From NCBI GenBank assembly GCA_951406725.2, contig OX597824.1:91760001-91824000 (forward strand): DNA of 64,000 bases. Direction: 5' to 3'. Shown here piece by piece: positions 57,830-64,000 of the stretch; within the stretch, counting starts at the first letter, position 1; each line of letters begins with the position of its first letter. The notes beneath the pieces were generated by a model, which saw only the letters and a program-made list of their open reading frames with translations, was not told where the DNA came from and made no database searches. Source of the DNA: Octopus vulgaris. Taxonomy: Eukaryota. The translations under genes and the position numbers were made by a program.

Positions 57830-59640
57830 AATTTCAATCCTTCACATATTTCTTTTGTACCAAAATCCCAGTATTTCATATGTAAAGCTTTCCGGAAAAA
57901 AAGTTTTTTCCCCATTCTATTTTATGGGCGTGCGGGTTTTCGTGTAATTCTTTCAAAGGATACAATAATGGTCTTTACATTAACCGTTTGCGCAAGAATA
58001 TCCAATATATCTTCGCGTTGATTCTTATAAAACTTTCAACATCGTATAGAATTGGTTTCAGTTGAATGCCTAAAATATTATTCAGATTAAGACTTCCAAA
58101 TGGTGCAGTTTTACAGGTATTTTTATTTAAAATTCTTTTTGTAATAAAACATTAATGCAAATACTTGTAGATCTTGTGCATATTTCATTCGTAATCCTGC
58201 ATTTGTAAAATTTTGGTAAATTATAGTAAAGACTAGATTTACATTTAAAGTTAACACGTGATTTACCGTTTAATACTTTTCAGGAGAAGTGTAAAGATAT
58301 TTCATTGTTTTCTGTCCGTTTATTTTTAAGCATTTCGTATATTTGTTCTTAGCAGAGATAAAGCAATCTTTTTCTAATCTTATATCAATGCATTTGCATT
58401 CCTTACAGCAGCTTCTTTCATTGTTAATCTGTTATTAGTTTTCATCTTGAAATGTTCCTGATTCAACAGGGCTGAAGTGTGACTTAAATCTTCGATTTTC
58501 TATGATATTATAAGGAAAATTCAAAAAGTAGCCATAAAAAGCACGAACGGATTTATTTCTGCTTGTATTGAAAAATGGTTATTTTTGTTTCTAAGAAGCG
58601 GTTCCACATCGTTTCCTTATCAAATAATTCTTCCACGAAATTCAGAAATATCTTAAATTTGGTTCTAAATATATCTTAGAGTGACTGGATTCAATTTAGT
58701 AATTTTGCAAATATACTTGTTTTCCAAAGAATTCCGAAGAATGGTTTTCTTCGGCAAAGGTATTCCTTTTATTTCTTTTACCGTCTCCTCTTTGGTCCAA
58801 TCCTGTAACTCTTTAAAGAATATAGAATACAATTAGCATAGTTTTGTGGGTGGTCTCAACTTCAATTATTTCTAGCTCCACCAGTGAGTGTAGATTTTTG
58901 AATTTCATAGACAAGTTCAAAGTTATTTCTCTGAGTATTTCTCAGTGTTGGTAAAAAGTTGACATTTTAAACTTGAAAATAATTTCCTCATGTTGATGTA
59001 TTACAATTTCAAGGCTTGTTCCTGTTTTTAGTTTGAAAATATCCTTTGAAATCAGAAATTGTTTTTTTCTTCCTTTTTTTTATGTTATTCAAAAGTCGAA
59101 TAATTTGATCTTCGTGTAGGTAGTTTAGCCGTTTTGAAATAAGGTTTCTCTAAAAAAAGGTTGTCCAGTGTAATTCCCAATATGAATTTTTTTTCATTAT
59201 CGTTAACTAAATATCAATTTTTTTTCCAAGCATGAGGTGTGTTTTAGTTCTTCATTTATGCATTTTGATTCAAGCAAATTTGGAGAGGTTTGGAGAGCTT
59301 TATAGCAATATCATTCTATTTGTTTTGTGTTGTTTTTTTCCGAAATCCATTGCGAATTTTCCAATCAATGGCCATGAATTTTTCTCTTTGTTCGATGATG
59401 TAAATTTTAGAAATTCCACGTTAAACTTTATGCTGCTAAACGATATTTTTTCTTGGTCGACTTTGAAAGCCAAGTGTTTCTAAAATGGTTTTATCGTTAA
59501 GTCCAATGAAAAACCACTGACACTGAATTTAGTCAACACTCATAATTATTTCAGCTTTATTGTTGCTTTCAAACCTGTTCCAAAAACGCAAATTTGTTTC
59601 CGATAAAAATCCTAATATTATTTTGTTTTAAAGTTCTACT
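57830..59640 (-). mobile_element. Possible heavily decayed L1/Tx1-like RT region
   Basis: Microsatellite-free, strand-biased stretch with weak RT-like peptides (IIMSVD, TILETLGF, IFKLKTGTSL). No intact motif was found. Confidence 0.3.
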
Positions 59641-59679
59641 GTTATTTTATTTTTTTTTAATTGTACCAATCACGAAAAA

Positions 59680-60130
59680 GGACACAAACTGAATCGTGTT
59701 TTACACATGCATACTAATATAAAACGTATATAACCAGCATAAAGAAGGTCAACAAATGCCGAATTATATTCGAAGAGAACAGAAACAAAGTTGGAAAAAG
59801 AGGACGGTCCAAAACAAGAACATATTTTAAGGTGTTCAAAGGATAATACTGGCATTTTTGGCTGTGCATCCGGAAATTTGAATTATTTTCAAATGTGGAT
59901 CAGGTTGTGAAGGGAATTATACAAGAAAACATTGGAATGAATTTTTTAAAAATGACACAGCATCGGCAGCAAGTACGGTGTTCCGGGTACAGACAAATAT
60001 ATCGAAGCAAAGTCACAGACAGGTGTGCTGAATATTTAGAAATATTATCACTTCTATAAAGAAACGTAAACCTCTTATTTATCCGCTCTTGTCCACAGGA
60101 ATATAGTATATTCACTAAATGATATCAGTC
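59680..60130 (+). mobile_element. Decayed PLE GIY-YIG region
   Basis: FGCASGNLNY.../CGSGCEGNY.../MTQHRQQVRCSGYRQI resembles the PLE pattern F.C.S.NLIY.ITC.GC..NYIG.T...RMT.HRQQI...YRQI. The pattern is recalled, not searched. Confidence 0.55.
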
Positions 60131-60307
60131 ATCGGAAAATATAAAACTGGTGTAAAATGAATGAGTTTACATATAAATAATGAATTAATAATCTACCACC
60201 ACCAACACCACCAGCTCCACCACCATCACCTCCACCACCACCACCACCAGCAACAACAACAACAACAACAACATCAATAACTCATCATCATCACCATCAT
60301 CATCATT

Positions 60308-60512
60308 GAGGCTGTGAGCTGGCAGAATTGTTAGTACACCGAAGAAAATGGTTAGCGGCTTATTGCCCGGCTTTTCGTTCTGAGTTCAAATTCAGCCAAA
60401 GTCGACTTTGCCTTTCATTCTTTCGGGGTGAATATAATTTAAGGACTGGGGTTTGCGTAATCGCCTTATTCCCTTCCCCGAAGTATACTGGCCTTGTGCC
60501 AAAATATGAAAC
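60308..60512 (+). mobile_element. Diverged Meta-domain SINE
   Basis: GAGCTGGCAGAATTGTTAG...GTCGACTTTGCCTTTCAT...CCTTGTGCCAAAATATGAAA. Confidence 0.7.
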
Positions 60513-60534
60513 GATTCTTCTTCTTCTTCTTCTT

Positions 60535-60629
<95 letters not shown>

Positions 60630-60856
60630 CCCTAAGAACTTTGCATACTTCATGTAATACCTAGCATGTTAACAGTAAAAAAGTTTTTGACATGAAATTA
60701 AAACAACGCCAATTGTTTGCCTACGATAATTTTCCTTGACGAAATGAAACCGGTTGGATATAGAGATACAGAGGGTAGAGGACGCATCCATCGATAACTA
60801 TTTTAAAAATAAATATTTGCCATACAAGTTTTTCAGGAGTATTCTACTCCTTCTTG

Positions 60857-60946
<90 letters not shown>

Positions 60947-61101
60947 AACACATACTCTTTTACTCTTTTACTTGTTTCAGTCAGTTGACTGTGGCCATGC
61001 TGGAGCACCGCCTTTAGTCGAACAAATCGACCCCGGGACTTATTCTTTGGAAGCCCAGTACTTATTCTATCGGACTCTTTTGCCAAACCGCTATATGTAT
61101 G

Positions 61102-61135
<34 letters not shown>

Positions 61136-61269
61136 TGTATGTATGTATGTATGTATGTATGTATGTATGTATGTACCTATGTATGCAGCTATACATATGA
61201 CTGTCTCTCACTGCCCATACAAAAATACATACATAATATTCTCTCTTTCTCTCACGCACAGAGACATAG

Positions 61270-61440
61270 ATGCAGGAGTGGCAGTGGAGTAAAAAGCTTA
61301 CTTCCCAATCACATGGTTCTGGGTTCAATCCAACTGCGCGGCACCTTGGACAAGTGACTTCTACTATAGCCCCGGGCCGACCAAAGCATTCTGAGTGGAT
61401 ATGGTACACGGAAACTGAAAGAAGCCCGTCGTATATATGT
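61270..61440 (+). mobile_element. tRNA-SINE head (12161 family)
   Basis: GCAGGAGTGGCAGTGG...GGTTCAATCC...GGAAACTGAAAGAAGCCCGTCGTATAT. Confidence 0.75.
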
Positions 61441-61473
61441 ATATATATATAGAATTAATAATTATATATCTAT

Positions 61474-61626
61474 ATCAAAGGAGCAAAGCGAAACACCTGT
61501 TTCCAACATGCTTGAAATTAATGCCGAGACACTAAAAATCTACCGAAAAACTCCAAGTTTTCTAGTGCCTAGACATTGATTTCAAGCATATTGGAAACAA
61601 GTTTTTAGCCTAACTCCTTTAATATA
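61474..61626. repeat. Imperfect inverted repeat (small MITE-like hairpin)
   Basis: AAAGGAG..TGTTTCCAACATGCTTGAAATTAATG vs CATTGATTTCAAGCATATTGGAAACA..CTCCTTT. Confidence 0.65.
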
Positions 61627-62018
61627 TATACTCCATATTATTTTATGAGCCCTTTATATCTAAAGAGGTTAAGTTTGAGCGATTTCTGTGAAATTTAGTG
61701 ATTCTGTGTCTCAGATACGCGACCGTGAAAAAAATTCACGGTTGTGTTGTTACAATCGCTACATTACTCTTATAGGGTTTTTCACTGTTAAATTTTGTAT
61801 TGTTGTCGTTCTGGTTAACTTAAATTGTATCTACTGTTATTTGAAAAATTACCTCCATATGCAAAATCTTTGTATTTTCATTCCTGTCTTCCCCGGGGGC
61901 AGAAGTTGCCTTCTTTGCTATTATGACAAACAACATATTCGGAATCATGTGAAAATAAATTTCCGTCATAAAGGCAGAAACGAAAATAATAAATAGCAAT
62001 TTTTCCCTTCTTAATATC

Positions 62019-62057
<39 letters not shown>

Positions 62058-62204
62058 TAGTTGAATGAATTATCTTAGTATGGATAATTCGGTTAACCGA
62101 TACCTGGGTAGCAAATTCACGTCAGAAAAACACGGTTGAAGCTACATGCCCAGAGCAGAGATCACGTGCTTTCGTGTGGAAATTTTTGTGTTTTTTTTTA
62201 ATAC

Positions 62205-62363
62205 AAATAAATGAAAGAATGGAGTTGAACGACGATTTAACAAAATTCCTGTATTCTCGACATATGTTTCGAAGGCTATTAGGAATATGCAGCCTTCGAA
62301 ACATATGTCGAGAATAAAGGAATTTTGTTAAATCGTCGTTCAACTCCATTCTTTCATTTATTT
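62205..62363. repeat. 73-bp inverted repeat, 13-nt spacer, built from two hammerhead 3' halves
   Basis: Arms 62205-62277 and 62291-62363 differ by one mismatch. Each reads outward as AGCCTTC-GAAA-CATATG-TC-GAGAA. Confidence 0.9.
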
Positions 62364-63376
62364 ATATATATATATAATAAACAACTATATCCTATATTTA
62401 TGAAACCTAGTATCGTACATCAAATCAAACAGAAGTTATTAAGAATCATTCCACCTACTTTCTTGCGAACTTGCTGTCTCCTCTCTTTATCTTTTGTATC
62501 ACCCCTCGCAGCCGGTGAGTTTGTGAATCACATGCACCCATCCTTCTCTCTCTCACTCGACTCACTTTCGTTTCCTTTACCCCTCTCTATTAACTTCGTA
62601 CTAACCGCTTCACCCTATTATTCCCTCGTAGAATGTCATCCCCTTGGAATGTTTCGCATGCAGCCATCATTTTGCAACTGTTCTAGCGAAATATCAACTA
62701 TAAAATTTTCGCTGGTTTTGGATGGTCTGCAACGTCTTGGAAGGATGTGACACAGTCCTATCTTCCGGATCAAATTGATCGAGGTTTATATGTAGTAGAA
62801 AAAACAATAAACTCATTACAGCAATAAAATTAACAATAATAACCATAATAATTTATAACAGGACAAAGTCAGACATTTTGTACGTGAATATAATCAATTA
62901 AGGCTGACCAATAACTAAGTTGTTTTCCAACCGTGTCAGTGACCAGGTTGCAGTAGGCGCGACGGAAACATTTCTCGCAAAATAACTGTTAAAGTGTAGT
63001 TTAGAGTTTTTGCGTGTTTGTGAGTGACTAATACGTCTTCCACGCTGTAATTATTTTAGTTTCATCTCGCAATTTGAGACCATTTCATTTGCCTGGCAAA
63101 GTGCATTTGGGAAACTTATTTTATCGACCCCTGGTAAGTGACAGGCAAAGTCATCTTGGGCTTCGTTGGTACTCTGAGCATAAAGGTATCTTAATATAAC
63201 TGAATATTTTGTTGGGCTCTTTTCTTACTTCATACCGTCTTTTAATAATCTACCGCCATTTCGTCTGTCGCTCTCGCATTTCTGACAACCTATCGCTATT
63301 TTCCTGGTGTCTACTATCCATTCTGCCAGCCCACTAACCTCCTTAGCAAGAGCGAGAATTCATAATACTTACTTAC

Positions 63377-63525
63377 CTGTGCACAATGAGGTTCCTATGA
63401 AGGTAATCTACGGCGTTTACTATGGGCATGTACATTTTTCTGGCGTGATTCTCGCTTAAACTCCCTCTCAAATTGATATACTCCAGCAGTGTGCCATGAC
63501 TTGCAAACTCCATGATAATAAATGT
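63377..63525 (-). CDS. Tssk: TSSK-family kinase, internal exon (subdomains V-VIa); upstream exon(s) lie outside the window
   Basis: aatcacag|ACA TTT...GTG CAC AG|gtaagt, 149 bp. Encodes TFIIMEFASHGTLLEYINLRGSLSENHARKMYMPIVNAVDYLHRNLIVH(R). The phase-2 end joins 51265 to make HRDLKCEN. It is absent from the supplied ORF track. Confidence 0.95.
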
Positions 63526-64000
63526 CTGTGATTAAAGTTACGACACATCATTGCTAGAAAAATGAAACTTATAATAAGATATATGACGTGTTCATTATTT
63601 AAAATATATGCAAGTAACATCAACAGGCGTAAACAATGACGGAGTCTCTACTTGGTAGGGCAGCTAGAAATAACAGACAAAGCTAGACAAATCTGTTTCT
63701 CAAAATTCACGCTAATGCCTTCAAAGAATTCATTTCGGATAACGTGATTCTGTTCTCCCTTCACATAATAAATACAGGACGGCCAAAGTTGAAAAATATT
63801 CGATCGCTGGTTTGCTCAATTAAGGTTTAGACCTGGAGGTAATCGATATCAATAAAAATAGATACAATGGCAGGTGATTTAATGAGACACTCCTTCAGTG
63901 GTCGTTTCACTAGAAATAGCAGTCGAATATTCTTCAAATAACATCTTGTCATCTGTCTTTAGCGTCTTCTAAAAGTTCAGGAGGCACTAGAATACTCTCT

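Overview
This is AT-rich, repeat-saturated animal genomic DNA, not prokaryotic. The SINE families and microsatellite load look like an octopod cephalopod, though that is an inference from repeat families. Almost every ORF in the supplied track is a microsatellite artefact. One real host gene is supported: a minus-strand, intron-containing testis-specific Ser/Thr kinase (TSSK family) with three exons in the window (63377-63525, 51058-51265, 45336-45617); its 5' exon(s) lie beyond the right edge. The rest is tRNA-derived SINEs, decayed LINE fragments (RTE-type, R4/Dong, L1/Tx1-like), DNA-transposon remnants (mariner MITEs, Chapaev3-like, a Helitron), and 5S and 28S rRNA fragments. There is also a dense set of Penelope-like element (PLE) relics: four GIY-YIG fragments and about 12 minimal type-I hammerhead ribozyme (HHR) motifs. 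Most interesting: (1) a PLE whose 3' UTR carries a tRNA-like Pol III cassette upstream of its hammerhead, with the tRNA-(AAT)n-HHR module also present on its own, a candidate PLE-mobilised ribozyme SINE; (2) a roughly 3.2 kb hammerhead-capped inverted repeat and several fold-back palindromes, one folded exactly at a hammerhead stem II; (3) a SINE that appears to insert into its own head to build 184-bp arrays. Coordinates were read by eye, and repeat edges are approximate.
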